A stretch of 64,000 bases of DNA, taken from assembly GCA_041478555.1 (NCBI GenBank), contig JBGOWI010000009.1, positions 3,875 to 67,874 on the forward strand. Direction: 5' to 3'. Of the stretch, positions 42,916 to 54,467 are shown piece after piece; position 1 is the first letter of the stretch; every line of letters starts with the position of its first letter. The position numbers and the translations under genes are program-made. Below the pieces are notes generated by a model. It saw only the letters and a list, made by a program, of their open reading frames with translations. It was not told the DNA's origin and did not search any database. The DNA is from Phycisphaerae bacterium (lineage in GTDB: Bacteria > Planctomycetota > Phycisphaerae > Sedimentisphaerales > UBA12454).

Positions 42916-43170
42916 ATGGCACGTGTTTGTCATTTTTTAGGTAAAAAGACGGTCAGCGGTAATTCTATTGCCCGCCGCGGCAAGGCAAAATATCTTGGCG
43001 GTGTCGGTGTGAAAACCACCGGCGTAACAAGACGAAAATTCAAGCCGAACATCCAGAAAGTTCGTGCCGTCATCGATGGCAAGGTCTGCAAAATAAGAGT
43101 CTCAGCAAAGGCTATTCGAATGGGACTGGTGCAAAAACCATTGAAAAGAAACTATAAGCCGCAGGCATAG
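42916..43170 (+). CDS. rpmB: 50S ribosomal protein L28
   Basis: MARVCHFLGKKTVSGNSIARRGKAKYLGGVGVKTTGVTRRKFKPNIQKVRA is the typical L28 pattern. Confidence 0.93.
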   Translation: MARVCHFLGKKTVSGNSIARRGKAKYLGGVGVKTTGVTRRKFKPNIQKVRAVIDGKVCKIRVSAKAIRMGLVQKPLKRNYKPQA

Positions 43171-43190
43171 TTTTGAAGATTAAAAACTCA

Positions 43191-43220
43191 AAGGCGAGAT
43201 TCAGAAATCTCGCCTTTTTT
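43191..43220. terminator. Bidirectional intrinsic terminator between rpmB and the convergent pseudouridine synthase gene
   Basis: The 9-bp stem GGCGAGATT / AATCTCGCC has a 4-nt loop and is followed by TTTTTT. The complementary strand is also followed by a T-rich tract. Confidence 0.8.
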
Positions 43221-43233
43221 ATTCTCCAAAAAG

Positions 43234-43944
43234 TCAAATCCCTCTAAGGCAATCCATCTCGGAGTTTGTAAGCTCTCTGTAGCAGCCAACGCCGAGGCGA
43301 TGTAAAGAAATTCTGCCTATCTGTGTTCTCTTCAGTGCAGTTACCTTATAGCCGACTTTGGCCAGTATCCTTCGAATCTGCCTGTTAAGACTCTGAGTGA
43401 TTTTTATCTCGAGCAGACTTTGAGTATGGTGAGCTTTTAAGATTTTTACCTTTGCAGGAAACGTTTTGCCCTCTGAAAGCCAGATGCCCTTTTTCAATTT
43501 TTCAACCACCTCAGATGTAATTTTACCTTGTATACCAACAACGTATGTCTTAACAAGATGGTATCTGGGATGCGTCAGTTTGTCGCAAAGAGAAGTATCG
43601 TTGGTTAAAATTATCGCTCCGGTCGTATCTGCATCGAGTCTGCCGACGCAGAAAATCCGCTGTCTGCAGTTAATTAAGTCTATTGCCTTGCGTCTGCCGC
43701 CGGGGTCGTAGTTGGTGCATATAATGCCTTTGGGCTTGTTCAAAAGATAGTAAACTTTTTTCTCCGGCTTAAGCCTTTGGCCGTCAACCATAATAATATC
43801 AGTTTCTATATCAGCAAAGGCAGGCAGCGTATCGACAATCCTGCCGTTGACCCTGACAAGACCATCGAGAATAAGCTGCTCACACTTTCGGCGGGAATCA
43901 ACGCCTGCAGCGGCAAGAATCTTGTGCAGTCTTTCTGTGGCCAT
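43234..43944 (-). CDS. Pseudouridine synthase, RsuA/RluB family
   Basis: S4 domain (RLHKILAAAGVDSRRKCEQLILDGLVRVNG) and catalytic motif VGRLDADTTGAIILTND. The likely start is ATG 43944. Confidence 0.9.
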   Translation of the reverse strand: MATERLHKILAAAGVDSRRKCEQLILDGLVRVNGRIVDTLPAFADIETDIIMVDGQRLKPEKKVYYLLNKPKGIICTNYDPGGRRKAIDLINCRQRIFCVGRLDADTTGAIILTNDTSLCDKLTHPRYHLVKTYVVGIQGKITSEVVEKLKKGIWLSEGKTFPAKVKILKAHHTQSLLEIKITQSLNRQIRRILAKVGYKVTALKRTQIGRISLHRLGVGCYRELTNSEMDCLRGI

Positions 43945-44129
43945 AATCAAACTCTCAAAAGGATTTAATCTGAATATACAATTCAAAAGCTACTTATGCC
44001 ACAAAGACTTTGAGAATTTGGGCAAGTTTTTAGTTGACTAAACACCGATTTTGGCCGATAATTATGAAACGCCTTTGGTGCATAAGTGTCGAAATTAACT
44101 GATTTAATATCCGTTTCAGGAGATCGCAG

Positions 44130-45584
44130 ATGGCTATCGTTCGTCAGGCTCAAAGCAACACGATGCTTTATACCGTTATCACGTTTGTTGCCCTGTTTAT
44201 TGTTGCTGCGATTCTTGCAGTTATATTCTACCTGAAGTCGGAGGACTGGCGGAATCAATACCTGACCAGCCAGCAGGAGACCTCTGAACTTGCCTCGCAA
44301 AGTCAGGTGCGGAATATCGGTTCGCTTGTCGGACAAAAAGACCGAAATCAGAGCAGGCTCGGCCAGCTTCTCGGATATATCGACCAGTTGTATGTTATGT
44401 TTATCGGCATTCAGCCTCAGGAGACAAGCGCAGAAGTAAAAATGGCTGAAATGCAGACAAAATACAAGAACGTTCTGGCAAAACTGCCGCAGGAAATGAT
44501 ATTTTCTGCCGATGCTAACGATGCCAACGGATGGGGTGCCATCAGCATAATCGAAAGTTGCGACAACAAGCTGAAACAAAAACAGGAACTTACCGAACAG
44601 CTGACTTCGCAGCTCAGTGACCTTAACAATGAATACGACCTTGCAAAACAGGGAGCGGCGCAAAGAGAAAAAGAACTGAGAACTCAAATCCGCACCGAGC
44701 AGGAAAAGGCCGACAGCGTCCAGCAGAGCTACAACCAGCTTCGCGAAATTATGGACAAAAAAACCACCGAGCAGGTACAGATGCTTTCGCAGCAGAGAGA
44801 TGAGGCCGTAGAGGAGAAAAACAAAACCAGACAGGAGCTGCTGACAACCTTGAGCAAACTCAGCATCATACAAAACAGACTCGAAGATGCTCTGAGCAGG
44901 CTTGATGTATTAAAACCGCGACCCAAAGAAGATATCGCCGCTTATCAGCCGGATGGACATATTATTACCGTCGATACCTCCACAAACATAGTATTCATCG
45001 ATATCGGAAGCGAAGATAAGGTTTATCCCGGCCTGACTTTCTCCGTCTATGACAGAAACGCCCCTGTTCCCGCCGACGGTTCAGGCAAGGCTGAAATCGA
45101 AGTCTTCAACGTTGATAAAAATACCGCTACCGCAAGAATAAACAAATCGACCAAAAACAATCCTGTTGCCGAAGGTGATGTAATTATAAACCTTATCTGG
45201 GACAGCAAGGCTACCAACAGGTTCGTTGTTGCAGGAGAGTTTGATTTCGACGGCGATGGATCAATCGACTCAGACGGCGCTGCAAAAATCAAACAGCTTG
45301 TTGAAAACTGGGGCGGAAAAGTTGAAGATGTCGTAACAATAGATACAGATTTTGTCGTGCTCGGCGCTCCACCACAAGTAAAGAAAAAACCAACGCTCGA
45401 TGAAATAGAAGCAGACCCTATGGCTACGGATAGATATGAAGCATCAATCAAGGCTTCAGAAAACTATCAGGAAGTCAAAAACCAGGCAAAGGACCTCTTC
45501 ATCCCCGTTTTTGGCGTAAAAAGATTTCTAAACTTCATTGGTTATGAGAGCCTGGCCTCCGGCACAAAAGCAAAGACATATTAA
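44130..45584 (+). CDS. Membrane-anchored coiled-coil protein with BRCT-like C-terminal domain
   Basis: N-terminal TM (LYTVITFVALFIVAAILAVIFYL), a long Q/E/K-rich coiled-coil region, and a C-terminal region NRFVVAGEF...AAKIKQLVENWGGKVEDVVTIDTDFVVLGAPP that resembles a BRCT pattern. Confidence 0.7.
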   Translation: MAIVRQAQSNTMLYTVITFVALFIVAAILAVIFYLKSEDWRNQYLTSQQETSELASQSQVRNIGSLVGQKDRNQSRLGQLLGYIDQLYVMFIGIQPQETSAEVKMAEMQTKYKNVLAKLPQEMIFSADANDANGWGAISIIESCDNKLKQKQELTEQLTSQLSDLNNEYDLAKQGAAQREKELRTQIRTEQEKADSVQQSYNQLREIMDKKTTEQVQMLSQQRDEAVEEKNKTRQELLTTLSKLSIIQNRLEDALSRLDVLKPRPKEDIAAYQPDGHIITVDTSTNIVFIDIGSEDKVYPGLTFSVYDRNAPVPADGSGKAEIEVFNVDKNTATARINKSTKNNPVAEGDVIINLIWDSKATNRFVVAGEFDFDGDGSIDSDGAAKIKQLVENWGGKVEDVVTIDTDFVVLGAPPQVKKKPTLDEIEADPMATDRYEASIKASENYQEVKNQAKDLFIPVFGVKRFLNFIGYESLASGTKAKTY

Positions 45585-45613
45585 AAGAATTAAGAATTAA
45601 AAATTGAGGAATT

Positions 45614-46339
45614 TCATTTCTTTTTCCATTTTAAATTTTTCATTTTAAATTCTTGCGGTTCGATGCCGATTGAGGCGATGTAAACTTCACCTGTATATTC
45701 CGCTGATGCAGGACTTATGAAACCTTTCTTTGCCGCTGCAAATGTAACCGTTACTGCTGCTCTTATCGCTGTACCAAGTGCGAGTCCTGTATCACAATCC
45801 AGGCCGGATGGGATATCAACAGCTATAATCCGTTTGTTGAGAGAATTTACCGCATCGACAAGTCTGTCGAATCCGCCGCTAAGTTCGCCCGAAAAACCTG
45901 TGCCGAAAATCGCATCCACAATTAAATCGCAGTCACCTGCAAAAGTTTCAACGGCCTTTTCAATATCTGCCGAAGAAAGGTTAAGCCCCTTAATCAAAAT
46001 GCCCATTCTGCAAATGATTTTGTAATTTATTTCGGCGTCGCTTTTTATCTTCGAGGCCGGACCGCAAAGGGCATTTTTCACTTCAAAGGCTGCATTTTTC
46101 AGGTGCCTTGCGATTACAAAACCATCGCCGCCGTTATTGCCCGTGCCGCAAAAGATACAAACCTTTCTGCCTCCGAGTTTTTTCAGTTCGCTAACAACAA
46201 CTTCTGCACAGCCCCTGCCGGCATTTTCCATAAGGATTATGCCGGGCACATGGGCGGTATTTATCGCCCATGCGTCAAAGTCACGCATCTGCTGCCTTGT
46301 TAAAACCAAATCGTTCTTTCGGTCAAATTTTCTTATCAT
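45614..46339 (-). CDS. nnrE: NAD(P)H-hydrate epimerase (YjeF N-terminal domain only)
   Basis: LMENAGRGCAEVV and CGTGNNGGDGFVIARHL motifs. 241 aa, with no C-terminal dehydratase domain. Confidence 0.85.
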   Translation of the reverse strand: MIRKFDRKNDLVLTRQQMRDFDAWAINTAHVPGIILMENAGRGCAEVVVSELKKLGGRKVCIFCGTGNNGGDGFVIARHLKNAAFEVKNALCGPASKIKSDAEINYKIICRMGILIKGLNLSSADIEKAVETFAGDCDLIVDAIFGTGFSGELSGGFDRLVDAVNSLNKRIIAVDIPSGLDCDTGLALGTAIRAAVTVTFAAAKKGFISPASAEYTGEVYIASIGIEPQEFKMKNLKWKKK

Positions 46340-46431
46340 GTTTTCGATTATACTCTCAACTCAGAGACCGTCAATAAATTGTATTAACTATTGATTATTG
46401 CAGGCTATCAGGTACTATATTCATTGAGAGT

Positions 46432-47175
46432 ATGAATATCCTCCTGACAAATGACGATGGAATTTTTGCCCCGGGTATAGCTGCAGCTTACAGAGAGCTG
46501 ACTAAGCTCGGTGATATAACTGTTGTGGCGCCGGCCGACAGAATGAGCGGTGCAGGGCACAGTATCACTGTTTTTGAGCCGCTGGTCTGCGAAAAGGTCG
46601 AGATAGAAGACCGATTTGGCGGTTACAGCGTCAGCGGTTCGCCCGCGGACTGTGTCAAACTTGCAATTATGGAACTGTGTCCAAAAAAGCCGGACCTTGT
46701 CATTAGCGGTATTAACAACGGTGCAAATGTCGGCATCAACGTATATTATTCCGGCACAGTCGCTGCAGCCATGGAGGCGGTGTTCTACCGCATACCGGCG
46801 ATTGCGGTAAGCTGTGCCCACGAAGAGCAGATGGACTTTAAGACCGCTGCAAAATATGCCTTCGAGGTCATAAGCAAAATACCGGCTGTAAATTTGTTGG
46901 GCGTCATAAACATCAATATCCCCAGACTTTCGAAAGGGCAGCCAAAGGGAGTCAGGGTTGTGCCGCAGTCAACAATGGGTTTTGAAGAACATTTTATAAA
47001 AAAACAAAGCGATACAGGACAAGTGCTCTATCAGCTCGCAGGCGGAGGACATCTGGATACGCACATTCCTTCGGATACGCTTGCTCTGACTGACGGCTTT
47101 ATCACTGTTACCGCCCTGGGGTTCGATATGACAGATTATAAAAATATGGAAAAATTGCATCAGATAAAATGGTGA
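46432..47175 (+). CDS. surE: 5'/3'-nucleotidase SurE
   Basis: MNILLTNDDGIFAPGI, GINNGANVG and YSGTVAAAMEA motifs. Confidence 0.93.
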   Translation: MNILLTNDDGIFAPGIAAAYRELTKLGDITVVAPADRMSGAGHSITVFEPLVCEKVEIEDRFGGYSVSGSPADCVKLAIMELCPKKPDLVISGINNGANVGINVYYSGTVAAAMEAVFYRIPAIAVSCAHEEQMDFKTAAKYAFEVISKIPAVNLLGVININIPRLSKGQPKGVRVVPQSTMGFEEHFIKKQSDTGQVLYQLAGGGHLDTHIPSDTLALTDGFITVTALGFDMTDYKNMEKLHQIKW

Positions 47176-47224
47176 TTTAAGGAAGAATTTTATGGCTGCC
47201 AAAAAATAATCGCAAATTTGTATT

Positions 47225-47482
47225 ATGACCGTTACCGGCAAGGACCGTGTTGGCATCATTGCAAAACTTGCAGGTGCGATGGCGAAAGCCAATATCAACA
47301 TCGTTGATGTCAACCAGAAAATTATGGAAAAGTACTTCGTCATGACTATGGCGGTTGACATCGCAAAGGCGAAAATCAGCATCCCGCAGATTCACAAACG
47401 CCTCGACAAAATAGCAGACCAGATGAAGCTGAAAATCACCTTCCAGGACGAAACAATCTTTAAAATGATGCACCGTGTCTGA
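47225..47482 (+). CDS. ACT domain protein (UPF0237 family)
   Basis: MTVTGKDRVGIIAKLAGAMAKANINIVDVNQKIMEKYFVMTMAVD is the typical small ACT protein pattern. Confidence 0.8.
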   Translation: MTVTGKDRVGIIAKLAGAMAKANINIVDVNQKIMEKYFVMTMAVDIAKAKISIPQIHKRLDKIADQMKLKITFQDETIFKMMHRV

Positions 47483-47585
47483 AAAACCGCAGAGAAAATA
47501 AAGGCAAAAAAACTTAAAAATATTGTGTGCTTTTTATGGTTTTTTGACTTATTATTTAGGCAGGTGAAAACTGGAGATAAAGGAT

Positions 47586-47795
47586 ATGTGCGATAACATT
47601 GAAAAAGAGGATAAGGATTTTAAAACAGGTCGGCCCCAACAGCAGCCGGCGGCGGAAAACAACAGGGATAAACCTGAAAAAAAGCCTGGCGAAAGACGCG
47701 GTGGAAAAGACCGAAGAAAATTTTCATACGGCTATCAGGGCCACGAGCGCCGGCGCTGCTTTGACAGAAGAAAACGAAATGGCCCGCCGGACTAA
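47586..47795 (+). CDS. Small Arg/Lys-rich hypothetical protein
   Basis: 69-aa ORF preceded by GGAGATAAAGGAT (good RBS spacing). A TTGACT -35-like hexamer lies upstream, with no convincing -10 hexamer. It has repeated (D/E)RR(K/R) motifs and a low-complexity composition, so coding status is uncertain. Confidence 0.4.
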   Translation: MCDNIEKEDKDFKTGRPQQQPAAENNRDKPEKKPGERRGGKDRRKFSYGYQGHERRRCFDRRKRNGPPD

Positions 47796-47828
47796 ATAAC
47801 CCTTGGGCGAAGCAGAAGCTTAAACACA

Positions 47829-48599
47829 TCAGCCCCTGAATTCTGCGACTACAAAAGTATGGTCGCTGGGTTTTGCAAACGCCCTCGGTTTTTTGTCAAT
47901 GAAACAATTTGTACATTTTTTTGCCATCGGCTCTGTAGTCATTATGTGGTCGAGCCGCCAGCCGAGGTTTCTTTTAAAACCATTCGGTTCCCGATAATCC
48001 CAGAAAGTGAACTGCCCTGAACTGGTGCAGTGCTTTCTGAAAAGGTCGACAAAGCCCCAGTCAATAAATTTTTTCAGGTTTTTGCTAAGCTGCCGGTTAA
48101 AACAGACTGTTCCGTCAAGCACAATAGGGTCGTAAACATCCTTTGCCTCAAACGCGATATTAAAATCGCCCGTCCATAACAATTTGTCCGTCGGCTTAAA
48201 ATGTTTTTTGAAGTACCGTAGAAGCCTTTTAAGCCAGTCGAGCTTGTATTGATATTTTTCAGAATCAATCTCGTAGCCCTGCGGGATGTAGGTATTGACA
48301 ATCGTGATTCCTGCGGTCTTTGCCTTTATCATTCTGGCCTCGTCTTTCGGCTCGCTGTCAAGGCCGAATTCAACTTTGGTAAGTTTGCTCCTGCTGAAAA
48401 TCGCAACGCCGTTATAACTCTTTTCGCCCTTGAACACAAACTTATAGCCGGTCTTGGCAAAAACATCGGCCGGGAAATCCTTGTCCTGAACCTTGGTCTC
48501 CTGCACACACAGAACGTCCGGCTTTTTTTCAGCCAGCCAGTTGATGATTATTTCTGTTCTGGCTCTTATTGAGTTGGCATTGAATGTAGCAATTTTCAT
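47829..48599 (-). CDS. xth: Exodeoxyribonuclease III
   Basis: MKIATFNANSIRAR, CVQETK, WRLDHI and SDHTFVVAEF motifs. Confidence 0.93.
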   Translation of the reverse strand: MKIATFNANSIRARTEIIINWLAEKKPDVLCVQETKVQDKDFPADVFAKTGYKFVFKGEKSYNGVAIFSRSKLTKVEFGLDSEPKDEARMIKAKTAGITIVNTYIPQGYEIDSEKYQYKLDWLKRLLRYFKKHFKPTDKLLWTGDFNIAFEAKDVYDPIVLDGTVCFNRQLSKNLKKFIDWGFVDLFRKHCTSSGQFTFWDYREPNGFKRNLGWRLDHIMTTEPMAKKCTNCFIDKKPRAFAKPSDHTFVVAEFRG

Positions 48600-48616
48600 T
48601 TATGTCTTAAACTAAT

Positions 48617-49684
48617 TTAAGATATTTCTTCCATTTGTAACAGTGCCAGCAGAAAACTTATAATACTTTCAGCGCCTTGGTTGATATTTACGCCGCCTTC
48701 GCCAAGTCCGTCGCAGCAGCCCTTGGTCTGAAAATCATAGACCGGCATGTGAAGGTCGTTTTCGCCCAGAAACCAATCGAAAGCCTTTCTCTGAAGTTTG
48801 AGGTATTCCTGCTTCATAGTCGCTTCGTAAGCACTTCTTAACATTATCACGGTACTGGCTGCCTCTATCGGCTGCTGGTCGAACTGGGCACGTTTTTTCC
48901 CTTTTGGATACCAGCCGTTTGAGCCTATAAAGCTGAAGTGTTTTCTATTAAATGTATTTCCAAGCAGAAATGAGCAGGTTTTTTCTGCAACGTTCAGGTA
49001 TTTATCTTCGCCGAGTATCTTTGCAGCGACATACAGAGCTACAGGCATAATTGCATTTTCGTATGCGAGGATATCTTCAAACCAATTCCAGTTTTCACAG
49101 GAGTATTTAACGTAATTTTTGACAAGAATGTCGGCGCCGGTGGTTAATAGTGTGATTGTCTGATTGTCGTTTGGGAATTTTTTAAGAAATTCGGATAAAC
49201 CGAGAATTGAGTATGCTATGCCTCTTGGCGGCATTGACGGAATGTGTTGTGAGGCATCGTAAAAAAATTCCCTGATAACAGGAATGTAATCATCGTTAGG
49301 TGGCGAGGCAATCACAGAGCCGAATGCCCAGATTGTTCTTCCCAGCGCATCGTGCGCAGATTCACCTGTCCGCCAGTTCCTGTTGTAGTTCATAAAATTA
49401 TAAACCGTTTTGTCCGGTTTGAGGGCTTGGTAGAGAAAAGCCAGATATATATCGAAAAGTTTTTTGGTCTGCGAGTCGGTATATTTTTTTAGATACTTGG
49501 TCAGAACGATAAGAGCCCTTGCGTTGTCATCGGTGCAGTAGCCGTTCTGGTGGTCGGGTATTATATATTTGGCATGCTGCAATATGCCTGTATCGTCGGT
49601 AAGCCTTTGAAGATGCTCTATGGATGGCTTGGGCAGTTTATAAGAGGATATCTTAGCTATCTTTTTGGGCAAGCCTTTTGGCAT
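48617..49684 (-). CDS. Conserved hypothetical protein (possibly alpha/alpha-toroid, glycosidase-like fold)
   Basis: 355-aa ORF with coding-like composition and an 18-nt gap to xth. The motif GILQHAKYIIPDHQNGYCTDDNARALIV is noted. The function call is weak. Confidence 0.6.
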   Translation of the reverse strand: MPKGLPKKIAKISSYKLPKPSIEHLQRLTDDTGILQHAKYIIPDHQNGYCTDDNARALIVLTKYLKKYTDSQTKKLFDIYLAFLYQALKPDKTVYNFMNYNRNWRTGESAHDALGRTIWAFGSVIASPPNDDYIPVIREFFYDASQHIPSMPPRGIAYSILGLSEFLKKFPNDNQTITLLTTGADILVKNYVKYSCENWNWFEDILAYENAIMPVALYVAAKILGEDKYLNVAEKTCSFLLGNTFNRKHFSFIGSNGWYPKGKKRAQFDQQPIEAASTVIMLRSAYEATMKQEYLKLQRKAFDWFLGENDLHMPVYDFQTKGCCDGLGEGGVNINQGAESIISFLLALLQMEEIS

Positions 49685-49850
49685 TCGAAAAACCCCTATA
49701 ATCTAATAAAAACAGGTTTATCCGCCTATGACGGATTTATCTTAAATTTGATGCGATTTACTGTCAAGAGATAAAAACCGGACCAAATAAGTATTAAATA
49801 GCTCAAGTTATTATTATTTTCCTCTTTCTTTGGCATTTTTACGCACAAGA

Positions 49851-49879
49851 TTGACAATAGTTCGTAGAATGTATAAAAT
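49851..49879 (+). promoter_or_regulatory. Sigma70-like promoter candidate for the Rrf2/cys/nif block
   Basis: TTGACA (49851-49856), 17 nt spacer, TAAAAT (49874-49879), 36 nt upstream of ATG 49915. The AT-rich sequence ATACTACTAAAACCATAGGAATATAGG between the promoter and the start is a candidate operator. Confidence 0.45.
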
Positions 49880-49914
49880 ACTACTAAAACCATAGGAATA
49901 TAGGAGAAACTTTT

Positions 49915-50346
49915 ATGAAGATTTCTACCAGAACAAGATATGGCATGCGAGCTATTCTCGAAATCGCTCTTGCATATAAAGCAGGTCCATTGCAGATTAA
50001 GGTGATTGCAGAGAGGCAGAACATATCCAACAAATATCTTGAGCAGCTTATTGCGATAATAAAGTCCGCCGGGCTTGTAAGGAGCATGAGAGGCCCTCAT
50101 GGTGGTTATGTGCTTGCAAAATCGCCTGAAGATATAAAATTAAGTGAAATTTTCAGGGTTCTTGAAGGCCCGGTGTTTACGGTTGAGTGTGTCGAAAATA
50201 AAGAAGCCTGTGCCAGCTTTGCAGACTGTATTACAAGACGGCTGTGGATTGAGGTAAATGATGCGATATTAAATGTGCTGACGAACAAGACGCTTCAGGA
50301 CCTGGTCGAGATGGCAGAAAAAGAAAAGCTCAACTATCAGATTTAA
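49915..50346 (+). CDS. Rrf2 family transcriptional regulator (IscR/CymR-like)
   Basis: [18 protein letters not shown] wHTH N-terminus. Cys residues (C...C....C: [16 protein letters not shown]) are compatible with Fe-S ligation. Confidence 0.88.
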   Translation: MKISTRTRYGMRAILEIALAYKAGPLQIKVIAERQNISNKYLEQLIAIIKSAGLVRSMRGPHGGYVLAKSPEDIKLSEIFRVLEGPVFTVECVENKEACASFADCITRRLWIEVNDAILNVLTNKTLQDLVEMAEKEKLNYQI

Positions 50347-50364
50347 TATATGGATTTCGAGGTT

Positions 50365-50388
50365 TAGCCCCACCCCTGCAGTGGGGGG
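50365..50388. repeat. AGCCCCACCCCTGC hairpin between the Rrf2 regulator gene and cysK
   Basis: TAGCCCCACCCCTGCAGTGGGGGG. The stem is CCCCAC/GTGGGG. It is related to 19936-19976. Confidence 0.5.
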
Positions 50389-50410
50389 TATTAAAATTTT
50401 GGAGATACCT

Positions 50411-51331
50411 ATGGCGAAGATATATAACAATCTGGCAGAAACAATCGGCAACACGCCGCTGGTAAGGATAAATTCTCTTGGTCCGGCCGGTGTGCAGATA
50501 CTTGCGAAAATGGAATTTTTCAATCCTTGCGGCAGTGTTAAGGACAGAATTGGCCTTGCAATGATTGAGGCAGCCGAAAAGCAGGGCAGGATTAACAAGC
50601 ATACAACTCTTGTTGAGCCGACAAGCGGCAATACCGGCATAGGTCTGGCCTTTGTCTGCGCGGTAAGAGGCTATAAACTCATACTGGTTATGCCGGAATC
50701 GATGAGTATTGAAAGGAGGAAGCTGTTTAAAATTTTCGGTGCAGAACTTGTTCTGACGCCTGCCGCCGAGGGTATGAAAGGAGCGGTGGCTCATGCACAG
50801 AGGATTGTCAGCAATACCGGCAATATGATTATGCTGCAGCAGTTTGAAAATCCTGCCAATCCTGAAATACACCGCCGAACCACAGCAGAAGAAATCTGGG
50901 CCGATACGGACGGCAGTGTCGATATATTGGTTGCCGGTGTCGGCACAGGTGGTACAATTACAGGCTGCGGACAGGTGTTCAAAAAATATAAGCCGACAGT
51001 TAAAGTCGTTGCGGTTGAGCCTGCCGATTCGCCGGTGCTTTCCGGCGGAAATCCGGGACCGCACAAGATTCAGGGCATCGGTGCAGGTTTTGTTCCGAAG
51101 GTGCTCGACACAACCGTTTTCGATGAGATTATCTGCGTCAGTAATGAAGATGCAATCAGAACAGCCCGGCTGCTTGCGGAAAAGGAAGGGATACTTGCAG
51201 GCATTAGTTCTGGTGCCAACGTCTTTGCTTCGCTGCAGGTTGCAAAAAGAAGTGAAAATAAAGGAAAAGTTATCGTAACGATTATCTGTGATACCGGCGA
51301 AAGATATATCTCAACCGAACTTTTTCAGTAA
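50411..51331 (+). CDS. cysK: Cysteine synthase A (O-acetylserine sulfhydrylase)
   Basis: [19 protein letters not shown] (PLP lysine), [23 protein letters not shown] 50411 is preceded by GGAGAT. Confidence 0.93.
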   Translation: MAKIYNNLAETIGNTPLVRINSLGPAGVQILAKMEFFNPCGSVKDRIGLAMIEAAEKQGRINKHTTLVEPTSGNTGIGLAFVCAVRGYKLILVMPESMSIERRKLFKIFGAELVLTPAAEGMKGAVAHAQRIVSNTGNMIMLQQFENPANPEIHRRTTAEEIWADTDGSVDILVAGVGTGGTITGCGQVFKKYKPTVKVVAVEPADSPVLSGGNPGPHKIQGIGAGFVPKVLDTTVFDEIICVSNEDAIRTARLLAEKEGILAGISSGANVFASLQVAKRSENKGKVIVTIICDTGERYISTELFQ

Positions 51332-51342
51332 GAGGCTCGAAG

Positions 51343-52242
51343 ATGAAAAACGATAATGTTAAAAATATTGTCAAGGCGATTGTTGACACTTATCAGGACG
51401 AGTCGGGCATAAATTTTATCGACACGACGAATCTGCCTTTGCGGGACAGAATACTCCAGGTGCTCAATTTGCTTATGGAAGTGATTTTCCCGGGTTATAC
51501 TGGTGCAAGAGATGTTACCAGTTCCAACATCAGTTTTGTCGTAGGTGATATTTTGTGCCAGATTCAGAGTCAGCTTGCCGAGCAGATAGAAAGAGCGCTT
51601 CTCCATCAATGCAGATTGAAGCAGAGTGATTGCACCGGCTGCCGTACTATGGCCCGGGAGGTTACAGAACACCTTTTGGCTCAGCTTCCAAAGATTCGCA
51701 GATTGCTCAAGACCGATATCCAGGCAGCTTTTGACGGCGACCCTGCGGCCAGCAGTTTCGAGGAAATAGTCTTAAGTTACCCGGGCCTTAGGGCAATAAC
51801 AACCCATAGGATAGCACATGAGCTTTATCTGAAAAATGTACCGCTGATTCCAAGAATCATGAGCGAGCGGGCGCACCATGAAACGGGCATTGACATTCAT
51901 CCCGGTGCGACAATCGGCGAAAGATTTTTCATTGACCACGGCACGGGCGTTGTCATCGGCGAAACCGCCATTATCGGCAACAACGTAAAAATATATCAGG
52001 GCGTAACGCTCGGCGCTCTTGCCCCTGCAAAAGGCCAGAGCCTGCGAGGCGTAAAGAGACATCCGATTATCGAAGACAACGTAACAATTTATGCCGCCGC
52101 CACAATACTCGGCAATGTAACTATCGGCAAAGGTACAATAATCGGCGGAAACGTATGGATTAAAGAATCTGTGCCGGCAGGCGTTACGGTTTCCATGGCA
52201 AGACCCGAACTTGTTTACATTCAGAAGAAATCGAAAAAATAA
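51343..52242 (+). CDS. cysE: Serine O-acetyltransferase (long form)
   Basis: Hexapeptide-repeat region [43 protein letters not shown], with the N-terminal helical SATase domain. Confidence 0.88.
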   Translation: MKNDNVKNIVKAIVDTYQDESGINFIDTTNLPLRDRILQVLNLLMEVIFPGYTGARDVTSSNISFVVGDILCQIQSQLAEQIERALLHQCRLKQSDCTGCRTMAREVTEHLLAQLPKIRRLLKTDIQAAFDGDPAASSFEEIVLSYPGLRAITTHRIAHELYLKNVPLIPRIMSERAHHETGIDIHPGATIGERFFIDHGTGVVIGETAIIGNNVKIYQGVTLGALAPAKGQSLRGVKRHPIIEDNVTIYAAATILGNVTIGKGTIIGGNVWIKESVPAGVTVSMARPELVYIQKKSKK

Positions 52243-52252
52243 AGGCTGCATA

Positions 52253-54456
<2,204 letters not shown>

Positions 54457-54467
54457 GGACTAAAAAT

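Noticed and set aside
43983-44873. 296-aa ORF on the minus strand
   Set aside because: It is entirely antisense to the N-terminal half of the coiled-coil gene 44130..45584. Its Leu/Phe/Ser-rich low-complexity translation is the mirror image of a Q/E/K-rich coding strand. It has no motif and no plausible start context.
50330-51064. 244-aa minus-strand ORF
   Set aside because: It is antisense to cysK, which has full PLP-enzyme signatures.
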